35,503 bases of DNA from a virus, in the IMG/VR virus record IMGVR_UViG_3300031539_000145; one strand, given 5' to 3'. Below the pieces are notes generated by a model. The model worked only from the letters and a program-made list of their open reading frames with translations, did not search any database and was not told where the DNA came from. A program made the translations under genes and the position numbers. Shown piece after piece: positions 16,779-24,721 of this stretch (its first letter is position 1; every line of letters starts with the position of its first letter).

Positions 16779-17093
16779 ATGAAAAGACCCGAGAAAGCAA
16801 CCCTTCTTCAAGCAACTCTCTCTCTGTCTTCAGTCAAAAACAGACCGAACCACTGCCCTCTGACCTCTGCTGATGCGTCTTCTGTCTCAGCCGGTCAGAA
16901 CCCACTTCAAACGAGTCAGGGGGCAGTTGTAAAATCATGGTTGCGTGGTTGTGGTAGGCATCGATGTATCTTTGACCCTGACTGCAAACCGGGGGTGAAT
17001 GGCAGTCAGCTCAAGAAGAGGGGTGGGCTAAAATCAGAAGTGGTTTCTGAAAGTAGTCCACTCAAGTCTGACCACCAGAAGGGATGTGAATGA
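16779..17093 (+). CDS. Hypothetical Ser-rich basic protein, possible first early gene (104 aa)
   Basis: AGAGGA + 6 nt + ATG, with an ATGA overlap onto the next gene. Codon usage looks atypical (more CpG codons), so it may instead be a non-coding leader. Confidence 0.4.
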   Translation: MKRPEKATLLQATLSLSSVKNRPNHCPLTSADASSVSAGQNPLQTSQGAVVKSWLRGCGRHRCIFDPDCKPGVNGSQLKKRGGLKSEVVSESSPLKSDHQKGCE

Positions 17094-17317
17094 TGGCACA
17101 GCATGAAGACTATTATGATGATGAAGAATGGGAAGAGCGATGTGAGATGTTCGCTGACCCCGGTGGAAATTCAGCTCTCAGAGCAGCCAGCAAAGACAAC
17201 CCCCGAAACCTGCCATGCCCAAATTGCGGAAGAGAAAACATGCTGACACCAGCAGATAGGGCACAAGGTTATCAGTGCGATATTTGTGCCGATGCTGCTG
17301 AAAGAGGTGGCTATTAA
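17090..17317 (+). CDS. Small acidic zinc-ribbon protein (75 aa)
   Basis: CPNCGRENMLTPADRAQGYQCDIC gives a CxxC...CxxC arrangement. AGAAGGGA lies upstream. Confidence 0.7.
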   Translation: MMAQHEDYYDDEEWEERCEMFADPGGNSALRAASKDNPRNLPCPNCGRENMLTPADRAQGYQCDICADAAERGGY

Positions 17318-17387
17318 GAGAGCCGGGGGGCTTGTGGTTTTCCTTGTTCACACTTGCCCCCTGTGCCCTCACAGAAGGGAGTAGGCA

Positions 17388-18404
17388 ATGAAAGAGATGT
17401 TCACCAGTGACCTGCACATGAGCAGGCAAAACAAAGAGAGGCTTGAGCTCATCAATGACATCATTGAAGAGTACAGGGCTCAAGGTTATGTTCTCACACT
17501 CAGACAGCTCTATTATCAGCTTGTCAGCCGGGATGTCATTCCTAATGCACAGGCTGAGTACAAGAAGCTTGGTGTTCTGCTCACCAAGGGCAGGATGGCG
17601 GGGGTGGTTGATTGGGATGCGATTGAAGACCGGGTCAGAGTTCCCAAGCTGCCCTACTATGCCGAAGACATTTCAGATGCTCTGGGTGACATTGCAAGGC
17701 AGTACAGGCTTGACAGGCAGGCAGAGCAGGATGTGTGCATTGAGGTTTGGTGTGAGAAGGATGCCCTCAGTCAGGTCTTATACAGGGTCACTGAAGAGTA
17801 CCATGTGAGGCTCATGGTCAACCGGGGCTATTCCAGCACCACAGCCATGCACGATGCTTATGAGAGACTCAGTGAGGCTGAAGCTGAAGGCAAAGAGGTT
17901 GTCATTCTCTATGTTGGTGACCATGACCCTTCTGGCCTTGACATGCTCAGAGACATCAGAGACAGACTTGAAGAGTTTGGAGTTTTTGCAGAAGTTGTGC
18001 CAGTGGCTCTGACTCAAGAGCAGATTGAAGAGCACAACCCACCCCCCAACCCGGCAAAGATAACAGACCCCCGGGCAGGTGACTACATTGCGGTGCATGG
18101 CAATACTTCATGGGAAGTCGATGCACTGCCCCCTCAGGTACTCCACAAGCTCATTGAAGAAGCCATCCTTGAGAGGATTGATGAAGACCTGTACACCGGG
18201 CAGCTTGACCGCGAAGAAGAAGACAAGAAGGCTCTTGAAGTTTATGCCGGGATTGACAAGAAGAACCTGCTCAACCTGCATGAGACTTTGAAAAGCCTGA
18301 AAGAGAATGCTGAAGATGCAGATGCTGATGTGGGGATTATTGCAGCTCAGGCTGAAGCAGCTCTCACCTTCTTCAATGTCAGCTTTGAAGATTTGCTTGA
18401 ATAG
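17388..18404 (+). CDS. Topoisomerase VI-A / Spo11-like protein ('Mini-A' class): 5Y-CAP + Toprim (338 aa)
   Basis: TLRQLYYQLVS is the catalytic-Tyr motif (T-V-R-D-I-[YF]-Y). EVWCEKDA carries the Toprim Glu and ILYVGDHDPSG the Toprim DxD. GAAGGGAG + 6 nt + ATG. Confidence 0.8.
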   Translation: MKEMFTSDLHMSRQNKERLELINDIIEEYRAQGYVLTLRQLYYQLVSRDVIPNAQAEYKKLGVLLTKGRMAGVVDWDAIEDRVRVPKLPYYAEDISDALGDIARQYRLDRQAEQDVCIEVWCEKDALSQVLYRVTEEYHVRLMVNRGYSSTTAMHDAYERLSEAEAEGKEVVILYVGDHDPSGLDMLRDIRDRLEEFGVFAEVVPVALTQEQIEEHNPPPNPAKITDPRAGDYIAVHGNTSWEVDALPPQVLHKLIEEAILERIDEDLYTGQLDREEEDKKALEVYAGIDKKNLLNLHETLKSLKENAEDADADVGIIAAQAEAALTFFNVSFEDLLE

Positions 18405-18415
18405 GAGATGGCAAC

Positions 18416-18637
18416 ATGAATGGACACATCAAAGACATAGAAGCAAAAATCAGAGCTGAAGAAATTGTCAGAGAGTTGGATGACCTTGCTGCCAGTACAC
18501 TCAGGATGCATCGCATCAGCAAGAAGCTTCTTTTGGACAAATGGAAAGTTGCAGCCAGAATCATCATTGACAGAAACAACTTGAAGGCTGAGCTGCTTTC
18601 CAAAGAGCTTGAAGAACTCAAGCAGATAGGAGAGTAG
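18416..18637 (+). CDS. Small coiled-coil protein (73 aa) between the Mini-A and GHKL genes
   Basis: Heptad-like charged sequence (IEAKIRAEEIVRELDDLAAS...LKAELLSKELEELKQIGE). AGGAGA + 7 nt + ATG. Gaps of 11 nt and 3 nt to its neighbours. Confidence 0.65.
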   Translation: MNGHIKDIEAKIRAEEIVRELDDLAASTLRMHRISKKLLLDKWKVAARIIIDRNNLKAELLSKELEELKQIGE

Positions 18638-18640
18638 GCA

Positions 18641-19840
18641 ATGAGTTGGTTTGAAGTTGACAAGCAGGGCTTGAGAGCCCTTGTTGCAGACAGACCCAAG
18701 GGCTTCATTCTGAGAGAGCTGATTCAGAATGCTTGGGATGAGCCCGGGGTCACCAAGGTCACTGTGACCACTTCCAAAGAGAGAGGTTTGGCTGAAATCT
18801 TTGTTGAGGATGATGCCCCTGAGGGCTTCTATGACCTCAGACACGCCTTCACCCTGTTTGCAGACACCCGCAAGAGAACAGACCCCACCAAGAGGGGCAG
18901 GTTCAACTTTGGTGAGAAAGAGGTTCTTGCTCTGGCTGAATCTGCAATCATTCACACTGTCAAAGGTGGAGTGGTCTTCAACCCGGGTGGTGTCAGAAAG
19001 AACCTGAGAAGTGTCAGAGACTCGGGCTCTTCTGTTCAGGTCAAGGTGAAGATGAACTTTGCCGAGTATGAGCAGATGCTGACAGAGGTTGACACCTACC
19101 TGCCACCCCAAGGCATCTCAACTATTGTGAACGGTCAAGAGCTGCTTCACAGAATATCACTGGTGAGCTTTGAGGCAAAGTTGCCAACAGAAATTCTCAA
19201 GGATGAAATCCTGAGAAGAACAATTCGGAAGACCACCATCAATGTTCACCGGGTTCTTGAAGGTGAGACTGCCAAGCTCTATGAGATGGGCTTGCCTGTC
19301 TGTGAGACAGGTGACCAGTTCCACTATGACATTCAGCAGAGAGTACCCCTTGACCACAAGAGAGACAATGTGCCTGCCAGCTTTCTCAGGGCTGTCAGGG
19401 GTGAGGTTGCCAACATGGTCATTGATGCGGTTGAGCCCGAAGAGGCTTCTGCCAACTGGCTCAGGGATGCACTGAGCAGCAACCGGGTGAATGAAGACAC
19501 TGTGAAAGAAGCTCTGACAAAGCGGTTGGGTAACAACCTTGCAGTGCCAACCCCGGGTGACAAAGACTCTACAATTCTGGCTCAGCTCAATGGGTACAGG
19601 CTTGTGAGACCTTCAGAGCTCTCAAAAGAAGAGTGGGAGAATGCCCGGGCTGCAGGCGTCATACCCGCCACCACTCAGCTCTTCCCACCCGAGAACAGAA
19701 AGCCAGTTGTTCTGGTGGATTACAAGCAGGTTGCCGGGAGAGCTGTTGACCTGATTAGAGGGCACTTCAATGAAGGCGCAAGAGCCAAGCACTTCTTGAG
19801 CTGGATTGCAGGTCTTGGTTGGGATGAGAGAACTAATTAG
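18641..19840 (+). CDS. GHKL (Bergerat-fold) ATPase-like protein, Hsp90/MORC/Topo VI-B-like N-terminus with degenerate glycine lids (399 aa)
   Basis: N box: ELIQNAWDE. G1-like: VEDDAPEGF (Asp kept, glycines partly lost). G2-like: KRGRFNFGEKE (compare GxFGxGF). Confidence 0.65.
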   Translation: MSWFEVDKQGLRALVADRPKGFILRELIQNAWDEPGVTKVTVTTSKERGLAEIFVEDDAPEGFYDLRHAFTLFADTRKRTDPTKRGRFNFGEKEVLALAESAIIHTVKGGVVFNPGGVRKNLRSVRDSGSSVQVKVKMNFAEYEQMLTEVDTYLPPQGISTIVNGQELLHRISLVSFEAKLPTEILKDEILRRTIRKTTINVHRVLEGETAKLYEMGLPVCETGDQFHYDIQQRVPLDHKRDNVPASFLRAVRGEVANMVIDAVEPEEASANWLRDALSSNRVNEDTVKEALTKRLGNNLAVPTPGDKDSTILAQLNGYRLVRPSELSKEEWENARAAGVIPATTQLFPPENRKPVVLVDYKQVAGRAVDLIRGHFNEGARAKHFLSWIAGLGWDERTN

Positions 19841-19853
19841 AAGGGAGTGAACT

Positions 19854-20102
19854 TTGAAGGGATATGGCAGACTTCAGAAGGTTCTTGCTCAGGTCAAAAG
19901 TGGTGAGCTGAAGATGCTGGCTGCCAGAGACCAGTTGATGCATGACAAGGGCTCTCTGAACAGAGCTGCTTTCAATCTTGCAGTTGAAGAGGGTTTGTGC
20001 ATTGTCTGTGCCAAGTACAAGAGCTGCATCGTGCATGACTCCACTCAGTACAACAACAAAGGCATGTGCACTTGGTTCAGTGCAGTGAAGAAGGGAAGTT
20101 GA
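19854..20102 (+). CDS. Hypothetical protein (82 aa)
   Basis: GAAGGGAG + 6 nt + TTG at 19854. Confidence 0.6.
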   Translation: MKGYGRLQKVLAQVKSGELKMLAARDQLMHDKGSLNRAAFNLAVEEGLCIVCAKYKSCIVHDSTQYNNKGMCTWFSAVKKGS

Positions 20103-20103
20103 C

Positions 20104-20391
20104 GTGAGTGAAAAGTGGAAATACTTTGAATATCCCAAAGCGAAACCGCCATTCTACAAAATTACAACAGTGCCAACAAAGGAAAAGATGCACTATGAAA
20201 CTGTAGCAACATGCAACAATGAGAAGGATGCAAAGCGTATTGTTGCTGACCACAACAAGACTCTAATTCTTGAAGCTGGCCTGAAGCAGATGCGGGATGC
20301 CATTGCTGCTTTCTGCAAAGACTGTGGTGGTGAGTGCACTCAAGAAGGTGGCAAAGTATCCTGTCCATTGAGTGAATTTAAATCACTTTGA
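20104..20391 (+). CDS. Hypothetical protein (95 aa)
   Basis: GAAGGGA + 7 nt + GTG. It contains a C-terminal Cys cluster (CKDCGGECTQEGGKVSC). Confidence 0.6.
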   Translation: MSEKWKYFEYPKAKPPFYKITTVPTKEKMHYETVATCNNEKDAKRIVADHNKTLILEAGLKQMRDAIAAFCKDCGGECTQEGGKVSCPLSEFKSL

Positions 20392-20431
20392 AGTGCATCG
20401 ATGTGATGTGATGCAGAAGGGAGAGTAGGCT

Positions 20432-20614
20432 GTGACCAAGAGAGAACGTGAAAAGATGAAGTGTGAAGTGGAGAAGATGCTTGACCAGCATGGTGAAGAT
20501 GGTGCCTGCAAGCTCATTGAGGTTTGGATTATGCAGCACAAATACCCCATCAAAATTATGCTGAGCTGCCTTGTAAATTCTGCTTTCAACAGAAGAGCAG
20601 GCAAGAAGAAATAG
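20432..20614 (+). CDS. Hypothetical protein (60 aa)
   Basis: GAAGGGAG + 8 nt + GTG. Confidence 0.55.
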   Translation: MTKREREKMKCEVEKMLDQHGEDGACKLIEVWIMQHKYPIKIMLSCLVNSAFNRRAGKKK

Positions 20615-20624
20615 GGCTTTCACT

Positions 20625-20647
20625 CTGCCCCTTCACTGAGGGGGCAG
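20625..20647 (+). terminator. Stem-loop after the first early gene block
   Basis: ctgcccc (20625..20631) pairs with ggggcag (20641..20647), with a 9-nt loop. It lies 11 nt after the stop at 20614. The U-tract is weak. Confidence 0.4.
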
Positions 20648-20732
20648 GGATGAGGGTTTTGGAGTGAGGTTGAAATTGCAAACAAAGAATTCAGCCCCTG
20701 TCTGGTGGTCAGCACAGGTGCAGCAGAGAGTT

Positions 20733-20775
20733 GGGGTGGTTGCCTACTCCCCACCCCCCTCTCTGTCTTTTTGTT
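20733..20775 (+). terminator. Stem-loop followed by a T-rich tract (rho-independent terminator-like) in the 20615..20785 gap
   Basis: ggggtgg (20733..20739) pairs with ccacccc (20751..20757), followed by cctctctgtctttttgtt. Confidence 0.45.
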
Positions 20776-20791
20776 GAGAAGGGAGATGCTG

Positions 20792-21031
20792 ATGCTGACA
20801 AGGCAGCAGGTTCTTGAGAAGCTCTGTCACCTGCAAGAGCTGGTTGCTCACAGACTCAACAGCTTCAGTGAGCATCCTAATGACTGTTTTTGTGGTCAAG
20901 GTGGTTTTTGGAAGTCAGTTTATTATTCTGAAGACCCAAGCAGATACAAGAACGATGGTTTTGTTTTACGTTTCATCAGAAGAGCTGTTTGCAATGAGCT
21001 GAGAAGACTTGAGAAGGGGGGTGAGAGTTGA
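20792..21031 (+). CDS. Hypothetical protein (79 aa)
   Basis: GAAGGGAG (20778..20785) + 6 nt + ATG at 20792. The upstream part of the track ORF (20705..) runs through the terminator-like hairpin. Confidence 0.6.
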   Translation: MLTRQQVLEKLCHLQELVAHRLNSFSEHPNDCFCGQGGFWKSVYYSEDPSRYKNDGFVLRFIRRAVCNELRRLEKGGES

Positions 21032-21726
21032 AGTGTCCTGAGTGTGGTGGCTCTGGGAAAGTCCATGTGGTGCTTAATAAGCATCTTGATGATGATGGCT
21101 TGACCCAGATGGAGTCAGGGATGGTCACTTGCAAGGCTTGCAATGGCACAGGCAACCTGGAAGGCTTCAAGAAGAAGGCATACAGCTCAAAGCTCACAGC
21201 TCTCAGGGAGTCAGTGAAGAGCCTGAAAACAAGCAGGACTGACCTGATTGCCAGGGTCACAGAGCTTCAGGGTCAGCTCAATGCATACAAGAACGATGTG
21301 CAGGCTGCTGTTGACCTTGCTGAGTTCTATGAGACCCAGAGCCTTGAGAATGAAAAGCTGGCAGACCTGCTCAAGATATTCATTGGCACCATGATTGAGG
21401 CAGGCATCGATGTTCCCGATGCTGGCAAAGCAGCAGACACTATGCACAATGCTCTGAGGTTGCTGAAGGCAGCCAGAACCTGTGTTCAGAGCCTTCATGC
21501 CCTCAAGGGTGAACAGCCCGAGCAGATGCTTCTTGAAGCAATTGACCAGCTCTTCAGCTTGGAGAAGCCCAAGGTTGAAATGACTGACCTGAAAGATGAA
21601 CCCGGCAAAGAGAGAGTCATTCAAACTGTCAGCCTTGATGAAGACTCACCGATTGACCCCGAGAAATGCAAGCCTCAAGATGAGACTGCAATTCTTGAGA
21701 AAGAAGGTGAAGCTGATGCTGAGTAA
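21028..21726 (+). CDS. DnaJ-type CxxCxGxG zinc-finger protein with a coiled-coil C-terminal region (232 aa)
   Basis: CPECGGSGKV ... CKACNGTGNL, followed by a long heptad-like region. Confidence 0.65.
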   Translation: MKCPECGGSGKVHVVLNKHLDDDGLTQMESGMVTCKACNGTGNLEGFKKKAYSSKLTALRESVKSLKTSRTDLIARVTELQGQLNAYKNDVQAAVDLAEFYETQSLENEKLADLLKIFIGTMIEAGIDVPDAGKAADTMHNALRLLKAARTCVQSLHALKGEQPEQMLLEAIDQLFSLEKPKVEMTDLKDEPGKERVIQTVSLDEDSPIDPEKCKPQDETAILEKEGEADAE

Positions 21727-21976
21727 CCTGCCCCCCGGCTGCTCTCAATCTGACATTCCCGGGTGCAGACCTGAAGACCTTGCCATTGAACAGGCAATTG
21801 AAAACAAAGAATGTTATGCTTGCAATCACTGGACAACTGATGGTGACAGCCTCAACTGTAATGAGTGCAGCCTGAGTGATTGTGAAGGCTTTGAGAAAGA
21901 AGAAGATGAGGCTCTCATTGGTGAGAGGCTCAAGTCTGAAGCAGAAGCCAGAGAGGATGGGCACCGGGATGAGTGA
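21716..21976 (+). CDS. Cys-rich acidic hypothetical protein (86 aa)
   Basis: GAAGGTGA + 5 nt + ATG at 21716. The track ORF start at 21596 would overlap the previous gene by 130 nt. Confidence 0.5.
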   Translation: MLSNLPPGCSQSDIPGCRPEDLAIEQAIENKECYACNHWTTDGDSLNCNECSLSDCEGFEKEEDEALIGERLKSEAEAREDGHRDE

Positions 21977-22277
21977 GCTTGGTGATGTCTTCAATGCCAT
22001 GAAAAAAGACAAGCAGGAAAGAAGAGCCAAGAGAATGAAGAGGGTGCACAGTTGCCTTGAAGATTTTGATGGCAAGTGCACCAAGAGAGGCTTCAGGCTT
22101 GTTGTCAAAAATCATGGTCATCATTGGATTGTGAAAACAACTGAAGCAACCTTTGAGTGGTTTCCAAGTTCAGGCAAGCTTGTCATCAATCAACAATGGG
22201 AAAAAGTCAGACGTGCATATTCTACTGATGATGTTTGGAGAATCATTGAACACTTCAAGAAGGGAGAAGCAAGTTGA
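21969..22277 (+). CDS. Hypothetical protein (102 aa)
   Basis: The ATG at 21969 sits within the last codons of the upstream gene, suggesting coupling. An alternative ATG lies at 21957. The start is uncertain. Confidence 0.5.
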   Translation: MSELGDVFNAMKKDKQERRAKRMKRVHSCLEDFDGKCTKRGFRLVVKNHGHHWIVKTTEATFEWFPSSGKLVINQQWEKVRRAYSTDDVWRIIEHFKKGEAS

Positions 22278-23092
22278 CTGAATTACTTGTTCACAGGCAG
22301 AGCAGTATTCTCACCTATGTCAGATGTGGTGAGCAGTACAGAAGAAGGTATGTTGAGGGAGATGTCAGACCCCCGGGGGTGAGGATGCTCAGAGGCACCG
22401 GGGTTCATGCTGGTGCCAAGCATAACTTCAGGCAGAAAATTGAGAGCCATGAAGACCTGAAGGGTGATGACATCATTGACTTCTCCATTGCCACTTTCGA
22501 TGACAGGCTCAAGAATGAAGGCGTGTCTCTTGCACCAGATGAGAAGAGCAGGGGTGAAGGCATTGTTGTTGGTGAAGAGAGAGACCGGGTTCACAGGCTG
22601 TCAACCTTGTATGCCGATGACTTTGCCCCGGTCATTCAGCCTGTCTCAGTTGAGCAGACAATTGAGGCAGAGTTCCCGAGCAAGGGCTTCAAGCTGCATG
22701 GCACCCTTGACCTGAAAGACACCCGGGAAATTGTCATTGACCTGAAGAGCTCTGTGAGAAAGCGGTCAAAGGGTGACCAGCACAAAGACTTTCAGCTCAC
22801 CATGTACTCTGCACTGGTCTTCACTCTTGAGAAGAAGATGCCTGCAGGTGCAGAGCTGGTGGTTCTGGTTGACAAGAAGAGTGGGGCAGAGGTTCAGATT
22901 CTGCCCACCACAAGAACTGTGCAAGACTTTGCAGCATGGTTCAGGTACATTGAGGCAGTTCACAATGGCATCACAAAGGGAGTCTTCCCACCAGCAAACA
23001 AGGCAGATTGGTGGTGCAGCCCCAAGTGGTGTGGGTACTGGTTTGATTGTCAATTTTGGTCAGACTCTGAAAGAAGCAGGGTCACAGCTTAG
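22274..23092 (+). CDS. PD-(D/E)xK exonuclease, Cas4/RecB-like, with a 4-Cys cluster (272 aa)
   Basis: HGTLDL...EIVIDLKS supplies the D...(D/E)xK motif and FQLTMY the QxxxY motif. Cysteines: RCGEQY at the N-terminus plus WWCSPKWCGYWFDC at the C-terminus. GAAGGGAG + 7 nt + TTG. Confidence 0.8.
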   Translation: MTELLVHRQSSILTYVRCGEQYRRRYVEGDVRPPGVRMLRGTGVHAGAKHNFRQKIESHEDLKGDDIIDFSIATFDDRLKNEGVSLAPDEKSRGEGIVVGEERDRVHRLSTLYADDFAPVIQPVSVEQTIEAEFPSKGFKLHGTLDLKDTREIVIDLKSSVRKRSKGDQHKDFQLTMYSALVFTLEKKMPAGAELVVLVDKKSGAEVQILPTTRTVQDFAAWFRYIEAVHNGITKGVFPPANKADWWCSPKWCGYWFDCQFWSDSERSRVTA

Positions 23093-23106
23093 AAGGGAGT
23101 TGTTGG

Positions 23107-24705
23107 ATGTTTGAGGGAAGTGAGAAGCAAGAACCTGAACAGGTGAATGCAGAAGTGGTGCCTGAGGATGAGCTTGATGTTCTCAGGGGTGTGAAGCAAG
23201 AGGCTCAGGGCGCAACTGAGTTGTTGAAGGCAGGCATGGCCTTGGTCAGGCTTGAGAACAACACTCAGATGCAGGTGGCTGTGCAGAGACCACGGAATGA
23301 AGAAATGGTGCTGAAGAAGTGTCTTGCAGAGCTCAAGCTGTACCCTGACATGGCTGCCGATGCAGTCTACGTCAAGCCAGTGGGCAAAGGTGCTGGTGGG
23401 GTCATGAAGTATGTTGAAGGGCTCTCAATCAGAGCTGCAGAGTCTCTGGCAACAAGGTGGGGCAACTGTGCCTATGGTGCAGAACCCATTGAAGATGATG
23501 GTGAGACATTCACCTTTGGTGTCGTCTTCTTGGATTATGAGACCAATGTGAGGGCTGCCAGACTTGGCAGGGTCTCAAGAAGATACAAGAAGAGTGAGAG
23601 AAGGGGTGGGGGTTATGCTGTCACCCCTGAAGACAGGTTCAATGATGTTGTCATTCCGGCAAAGCAGAGCAAGATTCTCAGGGAGTGCATCCTGAGAGCT
23701 CTGCCTTCAGGTCTCACCAAGGCATACATGTTGAGAGCCAAAGAGCTCATGAAAATACAGTTCACGCCCGAGCAGCAGAAGAAGCTCAGAGAGCAGATTC
23801 TAAGCCAGTTTGACAAGCTCAAAGTGACAGAAGAGCAACTTGCTGAAATTCTTGGCAAGCCTCTGAACATGGGAGTCACCCAGAATGAGCTCATCCACCT
23901 GAAGGGCATTCTCAATGCTCTCAAGGATGGTGAGACAACTGTTGAGCAGCTCATTCAAGACAGAAAAGGTGACCTGCAGAAGACTCAGACAGCTTCTGCT
24001 GAGGATGCTCTTCTGGCAGCTCAGGCTCAGGCCAGTGAGAAAAAAGAAGAGAGCAAATCAGGGCAGCAATCATCGCCAACAGTTGAAGAAGGCAGACAAG
24101 AAGAGCTGAAAGAAAGAGAAGCGAGTCAACCCCCGGCTGCCAAGACAGACCCCAAGAAGTCAAAAGCTGCTACTCCCAAGCAGAAGATTGTGAATATGTT
24201 GACCCCCCTTGCAATGGCAAATCAAACTGCATTCAACAAAGCCTGCAAGCAAGCTGTGGGGGGGGTGATTCAAGAGGGGTTGGACATGGAAGTTGCCCTC
24301 AGCAATTTCACCCTGAAAGAGCTTGAGAGAATCAATGAAGCTCTGAAAAACCCTCAGGCAGACCCCCCTGCTGAGAATAGGGGTGCTATTACACCCGATG
24401 AGGCAAAAGAACCTGCCACAGAGCCTGCAGCAGCTCAGAAACCACCTTCTAAGGGGTCTGCCCCTGAGCAGACAGAACCCGAGAAGCCCAAAGCTTCTGG
24501 TGGCAATCCCGAGAAAGCAGGGCTCATCAAGTTCATCAAAGAGCATGGCTCTTCAGTTGAGAACAAGATTGGCATCATCTCTGAGGTTGTTGGCTCAGAT
24601 GTCAATGACCAAGCTCTTGCAGACATGGCTGATAATCCCGGGCTCATTGAAGACATTGCTCACTTGAGGTCAGTGAAGAACATCCTCAGCATGATGGGCG
24701 AATAG
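23107..24705 (+). CDS. Putative single-strand annealing / recombination protein with a long low-complexity C-terminal tail (532 aa)
   Basis: It lies directly after the exonuclease, as in exo/SSAP pairs. YVEGLSIRAAESLATRWGN and AKQSKILRECILRAL loosely resemble Rad52/Sak/Erf-type motifs. The C-terminal ~230 aa are rich in P, A, E, K and Q. I could not confirm the family by eye. Confidence 0.4.
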   Translation: MFEGSEKQEPEQVNAEVVPEDELDVLRGVKQEAQGATELLKAGMALVRLENNTQMQVAVQRPRNEEMVLKKCLAELKLYPDMAADAVYVKPVGKGAGGVMKYVEGLSIRAAESLATRWGNCAYGAEPIEDDGETFTFGVVFLDYETNVRAARLGRVSRRYKKSERRGGGYAVTPEDRFNDVVIPAKQSKILRECILRALPSGLTKAYMLRAKELMKIQFTPEQQKKLREQILSQFDKLKVTEEQLAEILGKPLNMGVTQNELIHLKGILNALKDGETTVEQLIQDRKGDLQKTQTASAEDALLAAQAQASEKKEESKSGQQSSPTVEEGRQEELKEREASQPPAAKTDPKKSKAATPKQKIVNMLTPLAMANQTAFNKACKQAVGGVIQEGLDMEVALSNFTLKELERINEALKNPQADPPAENRGAITPDEAKEPATEPAAAQKPPSKGSAPEQTEPEKPKASGGNPEKAGLIKFIKEHGSSVENKIGIISEVVGSDVNDQALADMADNPGLIEDIAHLRSVKNILSMMGE

Positions 24706-24721
24706 AAAGAGAGGTTTGATT

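Noticed and set aside
16258-17090. Search for a tRNA, especially tRNA-Sec with anticodon loop CTTCAAA, in the large intergenic region. CTTCAAA-like strings occur at about 16711 and 16906.
   Set aside because: The flanking bases do not form an anticodon stem. I could see no acceptor or T-arm pairing and no GTTCRA T-loop. No cloverleaf could be drawn by hand; tRNAscan-SE or ARAGORN should confirm.
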